The position numbers and the translations under genes were made by a program. A stretch of DNA of 44,456 bases. It comes from Macrostomum lignano. Lineage: Eukaryota. Each line of letters opens with the position of its first letter. Positions within the stretch are counted from its first letter, which is position 1. Shown here one piece after another: positions 44,040 through 44,456 of this stretch. Location of the stretch: positions 1-44,456 of the forward strand of contig NIVC01003141.1 in assembly GCA_002269645.1 (NCBI GenBank), in the 5' to 3' direction. Under the pieces are notes generated by a model. The model was not told where the DNA came from. It did not search any database and saw only the letters and a program-made list of their open reading frames with translations.

Positions 44040-44456
44040 ATGGAGAAGCGACAGCACCTCCTTGTTCTGCTGCTGCTGCCACTGCTGCCTGTCGTGCTGC
44101 TTGCTGTCGCCACTGACCCAGTTGTGGCTAAGAATTACAAGTTCCGCCAAGACCCTGTCTGCCCTCCAGCTGTTGGGGTTCCCAGCCTCAATGACTGTTT
44201 GAGTCACCCAGGACCTGCTCGATTGAGTGTTCGGTGAGGACCGATTGCGCCGTGTACAGCTTTGTCAGCGCGTCCAACCAGTGCCAGATGGGCAGCACCG
44301 CCGACCTGCTTAACACCTGGTCAACCAGCCCTGGGACGCCCTGCGTGAGCCAGCTGAATCCTCGCCTGCGGGCATTCTGACATTCCGATCCAAACTGCTG
44401 GCTTTCTTGGACTTTCGCGTTGGTCAGGACAATCTTGTTGGTAGCGCCCAGTTCAA
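44040..44456 (+). CDS. 5' end of a secreted PAN/apple-domain protein, possibly followed by a LamG/concanavalin-like domain; runs off the window
   Basis: Signal peptide MEKRQHLLVLLLLPLLPVVLLAVA. With one C restored at 44207-44209 it reads CLSHPRTCSIECSVRTDCAVYSFVSASNQCQMG (PAN cysteine pattern). With one G restored at 44370-44372 it continues GILTFRSKLLAFLDFRVGQDNLVGSAQF. Confidence 0.7.

Overview
Eukaryotic (animal) genomic DNA. GC-rich exons sit in AT-rich spacers, with GT-AG introns packed with minisatellites. The overall style resembles free-living flatworm genomes such as Macrostomum; this is an inference, not a database result. Supported genes: a 3-exon DHHC palmitoyltransferase (-), a single-exon uncharacterised ~172-176 aa gene (-), a 4-exon signal peptide-LRR-Ig-TM receptor (+), an intron-containing tRNA-Tyr(GUA) (-), an intronless rhodopsin-class orphan GPCR (-), a ~2000 aa DUF4062-like/NACHT/WD40 NWD1/2-like gene (+), and the 5' end of a secreted PAN/apple-domain gene (+). 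Mobile DNA: a full-length inactivated mariner with TA duplication, an orphan ~1 kb LTR with a tRNA-Leu primer-binding site, several MITEs, and possible Crypton- and Harbinger-like remnants. Several genes carry single-base frameshifts that all resolve as shortened homopolymers, which points to assembly error more than pseudogenisation. There is no CRISPR array or prokaryotic system. The most interesting signals are the palindromic AP-1/CRE-MEF2 and forkhead modules in the LTR, the CAG|GTGA splice-site units repeated inside two introns, and the apparently degenerate catalytic motifs of the NWD protein.
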